Source of the DNA: Raillietiella orientalis
Taxonomy: Eukaryota
DNA length: 54,272 nt
Direction: 5' to 3'
Assembly: GCA_036172245.1 (NCBI GenBank)
Contig: JAYWIR010000159.1
Span: 1-54,272 of the forward strand
Shown: in pieces, positions 9,721 to 22,744 of the stretch
Position numbering within the stretch: the first letter of the stretch is position 1
Layout of the letters: every line of letters begins with the position of its first letter
The notes under the pieces: generated by a model
What the model was told of the DNA's origin: nothing
Seen by the model: only the letters and a program-made list of their open reading frames with translations
Databases searched by the model: none
Program-made: the position numbers and the translations under genes

Positions 9721-12700
9721 GGCTCTTCAGATTGGTACGGGCAAAATGCGTGCCGTGGCGAAATGCGAAATTTCTGCAAACGGAGACCTTTGTGTACTCT
9801 GCATGGCGCACGAGGGAACTCTGAGCGGGCAAGCTCCCACCTCCATCACCGTTGCACTGCAGCAGTTCTCCGGCCGCGTGGCCGCACTTCCTCAGAGGTC
9901 CGATGTTGCCAGCCGACCGCAATTCTCCTCGCAACTAGCATGCTCTTCGAGGCGCGAGCAGCAGTTGCTGACAAATCGACTTCTACACGACATCGTTTCC
10001 AGAGACTGTGAATCCTTTTATTCCTGAGAGCTGTGCGTATCCCACGGGGAAAACTGAAACGGAAATGAGCTCTTCCCTGTACCGGAAACTATTGCTGTGC
10101 ACCGTTTCCATTGCGCACGGACATTCCCATGCTTCGAGATGTGTGAACCTATTGGTTTCAGTATCTTTCAAGGAACACAGAACAAGCGACGCATTAAGAA
10201 TACATACACCTGTCTCGAGAATGGACTTTTCCATGCTTTTGTAGAAACGAATCGAAAGTTTAAAATTTTTGGATGCTCCGTCAAGTGTGATGAATGTCTC
10301 AATCTCTGGTATTTCCATTCGTATACGCACAAAATAAACATGTCAAGAATGGAAATTAAGATAAGGATTTCCACCGAACATTAGTTTCTTAAGAACTGTG
10401 CCACTTCAGTTTCAGTTCAGAAAGAACACCTCAAGGATTCCCGATGCCGCTCAGCAGTAGCTTGCCTTCGATTCAAGCATCGCTCAGGCTGTTTGTCTAG
10501 TTTCCTATCGACGCCGTTATGAAAGCAACAACCTTCAATGTTGAGAGTTAAGAGAGGAAGGATTTGATCCGCTTGCCTCAAGCGAACCAGGTAAATGGAG
10601 GTGTTCCTCTCGAATGTGAGCGGCCACGAGTTCCTCGAAAGATTGAGCTGATAAATGTGCATACGCACAAACCGAAAACGTGACTCCTGCTTAAATGAAA
10701 TTCATTATTGTGCTAGGCCGCGTTGGAAGCTGTACAGCTTTACCATTTCAAACTAAAGGTTTAATCCGCTCATCTACTTTGGAAAACTATCATCTACCAA
10801 AGAAGTTTCTTAACATTCGCCACATGTTTGATGGGCGTATGTAAGAAAAGTTTTGGTCTCCTACGAAACCCCCTACCAATATTGTGAATCCAGAAACACA
10901 GGCAGACATCTTCCTATGATTTTGCTTCAAATGATGCTCAACTATATACAACACGTCCCAGCAACGAACAGCTTTCAAAACGCAAATGATAAAACATATG
11001 GTGTATGCATAATATTCCTGCAAGTAATAGGTTGCATCATTATCAAGTTACGCAATAAAAGAATGTTGTGAAAATAAGAATCTTGGTATCCGTAGCTCAT
11101 TTCCTGCAACTAGCATGGATAAAAAAGATTTGCTCTCTCACTACTTTCCGCAAAAAGACTTGTCTCTGCGCCATTCTCGATTTTATTACGGAAGCAGTCC
11201 GCGACCGCAGCACGTAGGTAGCAAGCAAGCGCAGAAAATGCACTTTCGCTACTTGCAAGCCAACGATCCTTAAGAGCACCACGTCGTTGCCATGGGGCAG
11301 AGAAAAAAGCTAGGGAAGAGGAGAAGAAGCGGCCACATCGGGATAGAAATAAACGAATGTTTCCTACCTCGTATGCTCACCAAATTGAGTGACATCCCAG
11401 TGGGTAACAGGGCAAGGAAGAGCATCACCACTTTCACCAATCTGGCCACGCACTCAGCAGATTTCTGTAGCGTGGGACTGCACGGATCGCAATGCCTAAG
11501 GCAACCAAATCCAAAATTTATATTTGGCTCCCGAAATCTCGATTCTGCAATTCACTTTGCGGCGTGGCAAAACTGGAGGCTAGATACCTCTTTTCGATCG
11601 CACAGAAATGGCTTTCCTGAACTGCGGAGGATCTGCAATCGGGATGTACTAAAGTTGTGGTAGGATGCGCTCTGCTCTAGAAACGAGCTTGTTTTCTGAG
11701 GGATCATCTTCCTTGCAGCAGTGTTAGTTACGACCTTTGAAAACCTTTCCATGACGACACCACAATAGGCAGCGTCGACGCAATTCCACTCGAGCTCATT
11801 AGCAATCCATGTGCCCGTAAGAAAGAATTTACATTTTCTCAACCAACTTAGTATGATGAGCAAATGTATAACAGGTATAGGAAGTTTAGAAACATCGAAG
11901 ATACGTGCAAATTACTTCCATTAAATTGTATTGGTGTTTATAAAAAGCCATATATGGGAACATGTAAATAGAATGTCTATGAAGCCAGAGAATCTATACA
12001 CTGTTTCAACTTGCCAGTATTGTGGAGAATCTGTGGCAATAAGGAGAAAAAAGGGAAAGTCGTGGAACGAGTTTCTAAAACCCTTCCCATTTGGCCTTCC
12101 GAATTCTTACGTCTGAATTGAATGTAGAAAAAATTTTTCAAGTATTGGGTGAATGACGGTGCTTTCGGAAACGCAAGCGCACGAGGAATGCATGTGTTCA
12201 AAATTGTTGAATCCTATGTGTATATTATCTTACTTCTGCTATGTGTCTAGTGATGTACCCAACGAACAAAAACCACAAATACAACTTCATCTGTTAGCAA
12301 TCGCAAAGCATAAGTCCAAGCAAATTCCTGAATATGTTCCTGATATGAGCTTGTTAATAAATATTGAGGCTTGGTTATTCCTGTAGTTTATTTGCTTATT
12401 AATAAACATATGAATTTCACTTAAGATTGCCCGGCAACTTGGAAATCCGTAAACTCACTGAACTCCAGAATTTGGATTTGCACACGAAACTAAATAGCGG
12501 ATCATCAACCAGAGGACGAAGAAGATGAGCGGACGGCACTCGTGTCAACAGGACGATTCCATTGCTTGTTCCGCTACCACCAAATCAGAAACCTGAAGAA
12601 GGGAACAAACGCCACTGGGGAACGAAGCTCGCGACGAAGAAGTACTAACCTGAAATAGAACACTAGCAGTAAATAGGGGATTAGAAAAAAACACCATATT

Positions 12701-15700
12701 GCTCCCCATGATAGGCTTTGCGGTTGGGGGTCTCCATCATCGTCACTCTCGCTCGGTAGCATGCAGGCCGCATCCAAAAAACCAAGTACGCGATCCCAGC
12801 ATCGCGAAAGATGACCTGTAATGCAATAAGAGGCATGTCTATTGCTAGAGGATCCGTGCTGCGTGGAGCAGCGTCCGCGTGGACGCCGTTCTGCTTCGTT
12901 GGGGTCGTGCTCCGGCCGGCACGCGAGCGCGTCCATGGCGCCAGACAGTAGCTGCTGCTGATCCGGCTTCCGTGCTGCTAAGTGCTCCTGCAGGTGCTCC
13001 TGGTACCGCTCCATCTGCACTGCAGGTGTCCCCTCATGCAGGTGCTCCTGAACGGCGTATCCCGCAAGAAGTTGCTCTATCAGCTCCGCGCTTTGCTCTT
13101 CTTCGGGCACCTCGACGATGGTGAGCAGCTTCGTGCGGTGTATGAAATACCAGCGGAGGAAGCGTCTGTTCTAAAGTAGAAGGCGAAGATAGATCCTAGT
13201 CCGCTTTCGTAGCGTAGGATTTGCTGATTTCTTCGGCATACCTGGAAGAAACAATCATAGAGAGAAACATCAATCCACTTCCTTGGTACCCTGAGGGAGT
13301 TCAGCTGTCACACAGGTGAGCTAGGCTGTGGCGATTTTCCGTGCACAGGTGGCGAGCATTGCACGAAAAGTTTGGCTTCTTCCGCGTTCGAATGGCGTCA
13401 AAAGCAAGTTCGCCCGCGCACGGTCTGCCCGCTGGCACAATCCGCAGACGCGAGCAGCCGCCGAACGCTGACAGGGTTGTTCAACGTGAGCGAGGGCGGC
13501 CAGCGGTGCACTGGCCGCGCACTCCCAACTGCTGACTGAGGTCCTCTTGGAGGCGGTACTCACAGCTAGAGGCTGAGGTGGATCCGAGAGCCCGATGGTC
13601 CGCCTTGCGTGCAGTCGAAACGTTTGAAGAACAGCAATCGTGCAGGACGCGAGACAAGAGGGAACACAGTCCGTCGTATCCTGAAAGTATTTCTCGAATG
13701 CTGGAAAATTCGAATTCGTGATCCGCCAATAGAATTATAAACGACCATGCCATGATGTGTGTCGTCAAGGCAGCGAGACCAATGTTCTGCTGGATATGAG
13801 TGCACGTAACGTTAGCGCGACCGGTGTTCGCCGGGAAGCGAACCGCGCCTGCGCGCTGGCGAGCAGCTGAGTAGCCGCATACGCTGTATCTCAGTCAGTT
13901 GTGGGCCGCCGAGAACGAAGCTCTGCGCCCGCCTACGCGTTCCGACCGTGAACGCGTATGTGGGATCTCGTTGTAGAAGGCGCTCCATGAGGGTCACTTG
14001 TGGCTGCTGGAATACCGCGACGTAGGGTTTAGCTACGTAGTTGCCACGGGAAGGTTTCGTTTCCTCGCATCATGCGACCGCATTTACACTGCAAATCGAT
14101 TGGACTCTTATTCCAGAATTTTGCAATTTTACCATTTGTGTTGTTGCCGAATTCACTTTTATTTATTTTTGAATGGAGGAATTGTGAAATGATTGGAAGC
14201 GAATCCTTCACAAAGTTCCCTCCTTTCCAGCGTTACGACCAAGCGAATGCAAATTCATGACTGTTTTACCGTGATATTCCGAGAGATAGTGGGATGCACG
14301 TTGCTCTTAAAGATGAGGATAAAGATTAGGGCGCGTCAAAGGCTTTGGGGTTAAGGCTTTTGTGCATGGCACGATGCGTCGCCAAATCGAAGGATATGGC
14401 AGAAAATGACGCAACTGCGTCGTTGGGTTCCGAGTTTCTCCTGCAATGGCGACGGGAGTACGATGAAATTCGGTCGGGGCACCGATGGTAGTTTAGGCCG
14501 GAGACTTCTCAAGAAGGCCGGAACAATGGCAGTCGACCTTTGAGTTCTTTCACGATTCCAGGGAGTGGGGAGTTCGCCATCCGGTTGTACAATGGACAAC
14601 AGACCCCTTAGCGGGGGTCAAATCCGATTCATCGCCTCATTTCATAGTGCAATATAAGGCACCTCTAGCAAGAGCACGCAAGGGCTCCTCTCCTAGTTGT
14701 TAGCTGGAGCGGACCGCCCTCAGCGGTGGTACGCTTCCAATCATGCTCTTCACAAAGAGCAAGAGAAGGAACATGGAGCAAGAGCCTTCGCGGGTTTCTC
14801 TCCCTGGTTGTTCGATGGAGCGGATCCTGCTCAGCCGAGGAAATACCCACCGATTCGTCGCGTCTCCACCGAGTGCACAAGGAAGGAAGCGAGAGCTAGT
14901 ACCTACAAGCAAGCGCCGAGCCGCTTCTGAGTTTCTGAAGCATGCTTTCGAAGTTCTCTTCAGAAGAGTGAACAGGAACGGTTCCATTGCAATTTCCCTC
15001 CGAAGCAGAAATTCTCCCAAAGTGAGTCTCTCCGGGTTCCCATTGGAGAAGTTGAAATGGAGAGGACCACCCCACGCAAGGGTGATGAGCCTTCGAAGAA
15101 GTTTTAATCGGACAATTTAAAACTGAGAGGACAGCCATGCCCATTGGGGAGGGAGGGAGCGTTACGAGAGAAAGAGAAAGGAGACAGCTAGGGTGGGAGG
15201 TGAGATCACCATGGGTGAGAGAGGAACGGACTCCGAGATCTTTTTGGATTCATATCCATAGCTCCTTCTAAGGTGCTCTATCTTCTAGAAAACATCGGCT
15301 TTTGCCTTAGACGGAGAGCCGTGGTAACAAAACACTGTGTTCAAAAAAGTAACGTGCGCCTTACGGCACGCGACAGGCTCATGAGGCACATTTCACGAAC
15401 GGAAACAAAGAAAAATGAAGAACAAAAGAAAGAACAAATAGAGCAAACTCTAGGATTACTGTGGCTTTCCAATAGCAAAGAAAGAAAGTTAAAAATGGAA
15501 ACACATTGAAAAGAGAACGGAAAATCTAGTGTTACAGGCTCACAGTGGAGAGAACCGTCATCTTGCTGATTGCGAATTCATGTGAATCGAGACTGTTCAT
15601 CACCTGCAGCCCGCCTACAAATCTGGGATAGCGTTCCTCGAAACTTAGCAGTTCGGTTCTCGGATCATCTACGCGTAAACTAAGAAATGTTCTTCCGTAG

Positions 15701-16399
15701 TAAGGACTCAGACACTTGAGGCTGCTTGTGACCAAGCCGCTTATGAATTGCGCAACAACCGTCCGATGATGCGAACATTGCAGCACTTCGAGAAAGCTGA
15801 GGGAGAATCGCCGATCTTTGATTCCATGAGTTGCTGATGAGAAACCGCGTTTTTCGTCAGAATGCAAAGCGACACATTATCCGTATCCACGGCGAGAAAA
15901 CCGCCAGGGTGTTGACACGTCAATATGCACAGTTAAACGCAGGGGTACAAAGGAATGGACGCAACCACTTTTCAGCAGAAAGAATCCGTTGATATGAAAA
16001 AATGCATGTGAGCACCGAACTCGTGTCTTGCGTTCCATCGACTTTGATAACCAAAAGATCAAGTCCATTATGGCACTTGGTACATAGAATTTTGAGTTCA
16101 TTCGTAATCGAAGGCACGTAAGTTGCTTTGCAGCAATCGAGAACCGTGAAAGTACTGCTAGAAAGAAGAAGACCATAAAGTATTGACACATTCGTTCCTC
16201 CATATGTATTCAAGTTGATGATAATAGGCTGTTGGTTAGATAGTCCGCGAGCTAAAATCATATCGCCATCAGTTGCCTGCTATCAACCAGACAGAAATAG
16301 CGTCATATCGAGGGATATGTGGCGCACATCAAGCACTTCGGTAGACCCTTAACGTCCAATAGAGAGTTTGCGAGCAGCCTGTTCCAATGTCCAAGAAAC

Positions 16400-17100
16400 A
16401 TGCATGACACATTGCGGGTGGTGGCTTCCTTAATTGACGAGTTGTCTCTATGCACCCAAAAGATTGCGTTTTGCGTCGGTATAGCGCCTTATTTCCACAC
16501 TTCTTCATCTCAGCACCAGGTTCCTGGATATCTGGACAGCAGCAAAAGTACGTGGAGAGAGCGGAGTTGGTTCGCAACATGTTCTTGCGTGTGAAAACTC
16601 TCAAGTGATTTGGTTTAAGCTTGCCTTTTGTTCGGTTACGTACAGGGACCCGCCGTGAAAGTAACAGCACGTGTGTGCGATGGCGGATCGCAACGTAATA
16701 GGGAGGCTCTACAGAATGTTCCCACTTTTCCAGAGCATCTACTTCGAATCGACGATGTCAGCACACCAATTTGCTCAGAGACCGCTTGCGACTATGAGAC
16801 CCAACAAATTGTTGGGGGCTTCTGGAAGCAAAATCCGTCCGGAGGTTACACTTTTGCTAGAGAACACCTGCATCTTCAGCGTCTAATCTAACTGAGAATT
16901 GACACCTCCGTCACAAGCATCACGATGCGAATGACAGTTGCCGTCGCAAACGGTATGAGCATCTCGAAACAAGTGAACCTTGCAGAGCCGCAACTCACCA
17001 TCTGGTTTCTCCAGATAGTCGAAAGCGCTGCCATTTATGCCCGGGAGGCACGAGACCAAGTGCGTGCTGCAGAACAGATTCTGCAGCCGCTGCTTGCTTT
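16400..17100 (+). pseudogene. possible heavily decayed NACHT-type P-loop NTPase (homologous regions ~3410-4110 and ~32770-33480)
   Basis: Across shifted frames, in order: GYLDSSKST (16526-16552, P-loop-like), WFKLAFCSVTYRD, VCDGG, LATMRP, IVGGF and NLAEPQLTIW. Motif resemblance only, and the spacing is imperfect. Confidence 0.25.
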
Positions 17101-17761
17101 CCGTGGAACGTATGATCCCAGAAGAGCGCCTGATCTCGATGGAATATGCATCCAAGTGTGTTTCTCAAGAACACGAGGTTATGCAGGCTACAATCAAGTG
17201 CACAGAAAAGTTCAAATCTGAAAATAGTGAAATGTGGAAGTAAGAATGTGTGTTGGAGGTATGCAATTCTTGTTGACATTCTCGAGTACCTCACGTAAGC
17301 TATGATCATTTCTGAAAGCGAGAACCAAGGCAAATCAGCAACCGGTATTATCTAGGACAGCATGAAACGCGTTCCCTGCATACGTGCGTCAACTGTAGCT
17401 ATGCATACGGCAATGCTCACTGCTTCTGACCATGAGCAAGAGCAGCAACTTGCGCGGAGGGAAAATACATCGTCAAGGCACAGTGCCAACGTACATTCAC
17501 GTAAGACCACATCGCGGTGGTCATTGTATCCCCACGAAGACTTCTGTCTACATGGATCACGGGTCATACACATGCAACTTCAAGAGGCGCAGCGAGTGGT
17601 AAGCAAACTGGCAGGGGAAGTATTACCATTGTCAAAATCCTCATTCTTCATCCTTTGCACATCAAGAACTTAAAACAACCCAACAGCCAAGGTACCCATG
17701 AACAAAGAGCATCAGCCACTTAATCATTATCTCTCTCCATTATTCTCTATCCATAATCCCA

Positions 17762-17817
17762 GCCTTCATAGTTTAATTAAAACATTGATTTTGTAAATCA
17801 AAAAAAAATTAAATGCA
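17762..17817 (+). tRNA. trnT: mt tRNA-Thr(UGU), NUMT pseudo-copy 2
   Basis: TAGTTTAATTAAAACATTGATTTTGTAAATCAA, same structure as copy 1. Confidence 0.75.
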
Positions 17818-17828
17818 ATAACCTTTCA

Positions 17829-17881
17829 ACAAGAAATAATCCTTTAACACCCAAAATTACTATTCTCATAAACTAAATTTG
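17829..17881 (-). tRNA. trnP: mt tRNA-Pro(UGG), NUMT pseudo-copy 2
   Basis: Minus strand TAGTTTATGAGAATAGTAATTTTGGGTGTTAA. Confidence 0.7.
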
Positions 17882-18825
17882 ACATCACATACCCCCTCAT
17901 TCTTTCCATCAAATCATACCCATTCATTCTTCATATCGCTACTTTCGCTCCCGACAATAAGAAATAAAACACACAATATAATAAAACACCCCAACACAGA
18001 TATATCTACTTATCATAACGATAACGAGGCAATACCCCTCGAAATCAAATAATCACATACATTACAAATAAAGTTTTGATTCTCACTATATAACAACCTT
18101 TTAAAAATAAACATCTTGTATTTAACCTTCAATAAACGATAAATCCATATTCCGACAATAATAAAAAAAGCAAACAATATATGACCATACTCCGCATTAT
18201 ATCCAGACACCAACTCAGATTCACTTTCCAGAAAATCATACGGTAAAAGATTAACTTCTACTAAAGATACAACAATCCATACAATTAATCCACCCGCTCT
18301 ACAAAATACTAACCAGCCCTCTACCTCCACATCTAATTCATATCCACCCAAATATACTACTATACCCATTAATACAACAATCATACATACTTCATAAGAA
18401 ATCATTTGAGCTACTGAACGCACCACACCAACATACCTATATTTCCTATTACTAGCTCAGCCACCCATTAATTCTCCACATATCCTCCATGTTGAATAAC
18501 ACACAAACAACAGTTAACCTATGATTTCTCCCACCAATCCCGAACTTCTAGGAAAAATCACTCACATTCCTACCATCACTGACACCATAATCAACGGACC
18601 CAACTTATAACCAACTCTATTTCTACCCGTTACATCATAATCTTCCTTATTCAACAATTTTAAACCATCAACAATAGGCTGAAAAATACCAACCCCTACT
18701 TTACCCGGCCTCTCGCGTCCTTGTACTCCTCCTAAAACCTTACGCTCAACCAAAGTCACGAAAGACACACTAACCAATACCATTAACATCGCAAATGTTC
18801 TTTGAATAATCATTAACACGTTCAA
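17882..18825 (-). pseudogene. nad1: nad1 NUMT pseudogene, copy 2
   Basis: FVTLVERKVLGGVQGRERPGKVGVGIFQPIVDGLKLLNKE, RSVAQMISYEV, ESESELVSGYNAEY, and (TGA=W) WFRGVLPRYRYDK. Frameshift and TAG stop present. Confidence 0.95.
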
Positions 18826-18930
18826 CTTTCAAAATATCTGAACTTTTCAAACACTAATATTAATAAACTCTAACTACTCAAAGAATTCTTTAAATCATGG
18901 ATATTAAAATTTTCGTTTACCCAAAAAATA

Positions 18931-20000
18931 TTTTAACTTTCCAATTCTTTCGTACTAACAAAACACGTTATAATTTAAAGATGTAAACCAATCTGGCTTA
19001 CGCCGATCTAAATTCAAATCATGTAGGATTTTCAGTCGAACAGACTGCTGCTATAAACGTTATTCGTCTTATAGATGCCTAATTCAACATCGAGGTCGCA
19101 AAATTTCATATCAATTAGAACTCTCCATGAAAATTACGCTTTTATCCCTTAGGTAACCTTTTCTTCATTTCAAGATCAATATTACTTAATATATAAATTT
19201 TGAGTCATGAAGATAAATTCTTCATTATCCGCACCAGATGACATCTCATCAAAATCTCATTTCACCACCACATTTTCAATCTATTCAAAGACACTAGTTC
19301 TGAAGGGTCTTCTCGTCCCCTAAATTCAGTATAGATTTTTCAGTATAACATTAAATTCAAATACACAAAATAAGACAGTCTTGCTTAATACAATCTTTGA
19401 TAAGGGTTATCAATGAAATAACTAACTAGTATGCTACCTTAGTACAGTCAATATACTTCAGCTGTTTATTATACACCGGGCAGTGTATACCTTACATTAT
19501 TCATGAGGATTTGTTTTTAGAAACAGTTGAAACAAATTTTTGCCGAATTCCTTATAATATTCCCACTTCGCAATTTAATCTTACCTAAGATGTTACCAAT
19601 TGAAACAGTATTTCACATAAGTTATTAATAATTACAATACATTACCATACTACTTTAAGAATCAACATTAACTTTCCTAATTTATACCTATTATTATATT
19701 TATAAATAAATTAAGTTTATCCCCAATTTTTACTTACCAATAATTAGAACTATTAATTTGTCAGCATATCACCCCTAAATAAAATTCCGCTATATTTTGT
19801 TACATACAACAATCATTTTATTTAACTCATTAACATTCAAACATTAAATATAAATTTTCAATTGATTCCACTCTGATACAAAAGGTAATTAATTTTAATA
19901 CTTTATCACTATTAATTGACAGTCGTATTCAGTACATTTCACTATCATTATAAAATAAAATTTCTTACTAATAATCTCATACTCAAACTTAACGAAATTT
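18931..20000 (-). rRNA. rrnL: mt 16S rRNA, NUMT pseudo-copy 2 (~1.07 kb; private 33-bp deletion near 19674)
   Basis: TCAACATCGAGGTCGCAA, TTATCCCT, AGGGTCTTCTCGTC, TATGCTACCTT and TGTTTTTAGAAACAG are typical invertebrate 16S conserved blocks. Confidence 0.93.
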
Positions 20001-20053
20001 TAAATAATTATCAACATCAAGCCAATCTTTACTTCTACTAGTAAATAACCCAT

Positions 20054-20759
20054 TTGCCTAGATACATCTTCCGGTACATCTACTATGTTACGACTTATCT
20101 CATATTATATCAGAGCGACGGGCGATTTGTATTTAATGACTGTTAAATTCAACTTGCTCTTCTTAAACAAATTTACAATTAAATCCTATTTCAATTCAAC
20201 AGATCCAAATTTAAGATAACGTAGTACACAAATCATTCTTTTTTATACTGCATCTTGATTAGAAGTCTTATCTACAATCTATTTAGAAGATTAATTACTC
20301 TTAAATAATCGAATCAACGGTATACAAACACTAAAAAAAGTAAGTTCCTCGCGGATTATCGTATATTAAGCAAACCCCTCTAATAATACTCATTACAACC
20401 AATTCATATATGTGCCCTTCCCTATTTTTTAATATCCACTATTTATATTAGAGTACCTAATTCTACTTCATTAATAATAGCTCATCTAAAACCAATAACC
20501 TCCTATCGAACCAAAATTCTCATATTAAATTAATAAAACATTAATGTTAATTTAACTTTCACGTTTAACCGCTATTGCTCGCACGCATATTCATAAAACA
20601 TTAAATCATTACTAATTCAAATCCTTTTTAGAATTAAAATTAAATACTATGTATCTGCTTTTAAAATTTATACATACCTTATTATTCAAATTAACACTAA
20701 ACCTCATGCAAAAATTATTACTAATAGCCTTTAACGTAAAGCATAATTCAATCCTAAAT
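20054..20759 (-). rRNA. rrnS: mt 12S rRNA, NUMT pseudo-copy 2
   Basis: TACTATGTTACGACTTATC and AGAGCGACGGGCGATTTGT. Confidence 0.92.
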
Positions 20760-20784
20760 TTAATTTCTGTCATATTAGTATCAA

Positions 20785-20837
20785 TAAAGAAATTTTCCTT
20801 TTTGATGTAAACAAAATATTCATTAAACTATTTCTTT
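20785..20837 (-). tRNA. trnV: mt tRNA-Val(UAC), T-arm-less, NUMT copy 2
   Basis: Identical fold to 7491-7543. Confidence 0.85.
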
Positions 20838-21194
20838 TTATGAAAAATGAATCTGAATTCATTTTTTTTAAAATTAAAAATATTTTGGGAATTAGTTTTT
20901 TCATACTAACTGAGGATAATATATTTTATAATAATAACAATAAATGATTGTTATATAAAACATTTGGAGTTAATTATAAATCAAAGAATGTTCTTTGTAC
21001 TCTGAAAATTTAATATAACTATTACATTATATGTCAGGTATAAAATTAATATTTTATTATAATGAATAATTAATGTACTTAAATATTTTTATCTTACAGT
21101 ACATAGAACATGTATGTATAATGAAAGATGTTAAATATAATTATACATATTCATTTGCATTTGTACATATATATTTATATATATGTACATATGT
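20838..21194. other. mt control-region-like segment, NUMT copy 2
   Basis: Near-identical to 7544-7900. Confidence 0.65.
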
Positions 21195-21419
21195 ATCATC
21201 GCTGCCTTCCAGATGTGAATGGACTTCTGCCGCACGTTGAATCTCGTAGGATACAAGTAGAAATAGATAACTTACAAGTTGATGACACCGATCTCCTGCG
21301 CTCGTACAGTGCAGACGTGTTTTCGCGTCTTTCCGCGTCCGCTATCGAGCCTCTTTGTGCGTGCGTTTTCGCTTGCACTTGTGTGTTTCTTGGAAGTGGA
21401 CCAAGCAGCGTTGTGCAGC

Positions 21420-22740
21420 ATGGCCACCTCTAAGAATGGTGTGGAGGAGACAGCCGTTGAATCCAATTCAATTGGAATGGAAGCGGCCGCATCCTCCGTG
21501 ACGGTTTCCTCGCCTTCGGTGAGGTACTACGCCGCCGTCACCTCCCAGGGAGCAGGACCCTGCGATGCGAAGTTGCAGGTTTATGTGGCATCCGGCTACA
21601 TGCCCCCACACCGTTATAAGGTCAGTGGGCCCCTTAACGATGGGACCGGGCGTGAGCTCAACGATTGCTCGTCCGGATCGGCGTTCGGGAGGAGGAGCTC
21701 CTTGCCATCATGCCTGGGAGCAGGATGGAATCCACAAAGATATGGTTCAAAAACGAAGCACTTGTGCAGCGTCTTCTCCGTACTCCGTTGTCCATCGGTG
21801 ACAAGGAAGTCCTGCCTTCCGTGATGGACGACTCGTTTGTCGCCCAATTGTGCGACATCGAGCCGGAAATCTCCGACCGCGATGTCGTAAGTCTGCAGGC
21901 GAAGTTCGCCTCCGTGCAGGCTCTGTGAAGAAGGCCAAATCCTCTAAAGGATTTCCCCTCTGACCACATTGGACAAGCCTCCGCGCGGATCACCGTCGTG
22001 AACAGGCGTGTTGTGCCCGAGCAGCAGCAGGTGAACGGCACGGTCGTTCACCTGTGGTTCATAGGGCAGAAACCCGTGTGCGAGCAGTGCGCTAAGGAGG
22101 GACACCGAATGAACGAATGTGCCACCTCGAAATGTCGCTATTGCAAAGGAAGCGAGCACGAAATAAAAAGGTAACAGGTCCTTGCAAAGAAAAATGCAGC
22201 AGCGGAAGTTCGTCGCGTTCAAGAGACCAACGTACGAAAGGCCGCTGCCCCCAACAGAAAGCAGTTTCCGCGGAGTCTTGGCAAAAGCGCCAAGCAATAC
22301 GCAGCAATACAAAAGGCGTCCCCGCCCGCAACGCCATCAAAGGGAGAAATCGCGGCGGGGAAGCCAATTAAACAGTTGCGCGAGGGTACGACGCGTGCCT
22401 TGCCCGCCCTCGCTGCCGTACTGGGAAACACCACTCCAATCCAGCAACCGGGAAATACCCGAAAAACCTCGGTAGGAAAGGTAGGTGACCAAGAAGATCG
22501 CCACAGGGCGAAGACTTCCAGCTCCAACCCGCTGTGCGTTCCCAAACCGGCAAACCCCCAATGCAACGTAGGGGTCTCTGCGGCGGGTACGAAACTTGTA
22601 CCAAGCCGCGGCGAGCTGCTCAAAAACACACTGCATGCATCCGCCTTTACACCGACTCGGCAAGTTTCCACAAGTCCCACAAGGGGTGGGGTAAATTTGT
22701 TTTTCAAAATTCTTCTACAAAAACATTCACACTTCAGTCT
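21420..22740 (+). pseudogene. ORF1 (gag-like, zinc-knuckle) pseudogene of the retrotransposon
   Basis: MATSKNG..., YAAV, and HLWFIGQKPV-CEQCAKEGHRMNEC-ATSK-CRYCKGSEH (a CX2CX4HX4C knuckle from 22079 plus a second, damaged one). Frameshift near 21665 and internal stops. Confidence 0.82.
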
Positions 22741-22744
22741 CAGT

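Larger units (their letters stand above)
1057..14047 (+). repeat. ~13-kb tandem macro-repeat, copy 1 (one full period, 12,991 bp)
   Basis: GGGAAGGTTTCGTTTCCTCGCATCATGCGACCGC at 1057 recurs at 14048. Colinear similarity runs throughout, e.g. the ORF-track peptides at 2281/15273/31644, 2928/15920 and 4360/17352. Sequence upstream of 1057 does not match the unit. Confidence 0.95.
17622..21194. other. NUMT, copy 2
   Basis: Same content and same junctions as copy 1 (left GGGGAAG|xATTACCATTG, right CATATGT|ATCATCGCTGCC). Confidence 0.93.

Noticed and set aside
9403..10011. 202-aa ORF (and the 207-aa ORF at 39071) as a functional gene
   Set aside because: The frames differ between copies after ...LQPLP, and copy 2 has a deletion there. 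This fits decayed sequence.
14602..14670. Helitron 3' end (GACCCC-TTAGCG-GGGGTC hairpin then CTAG) explaining the tandem unit
   Set aside because: The CTAG is ~45 bp from the hairpin and absent in copies 1 and 3. No Rep/helicase motifs were seen.
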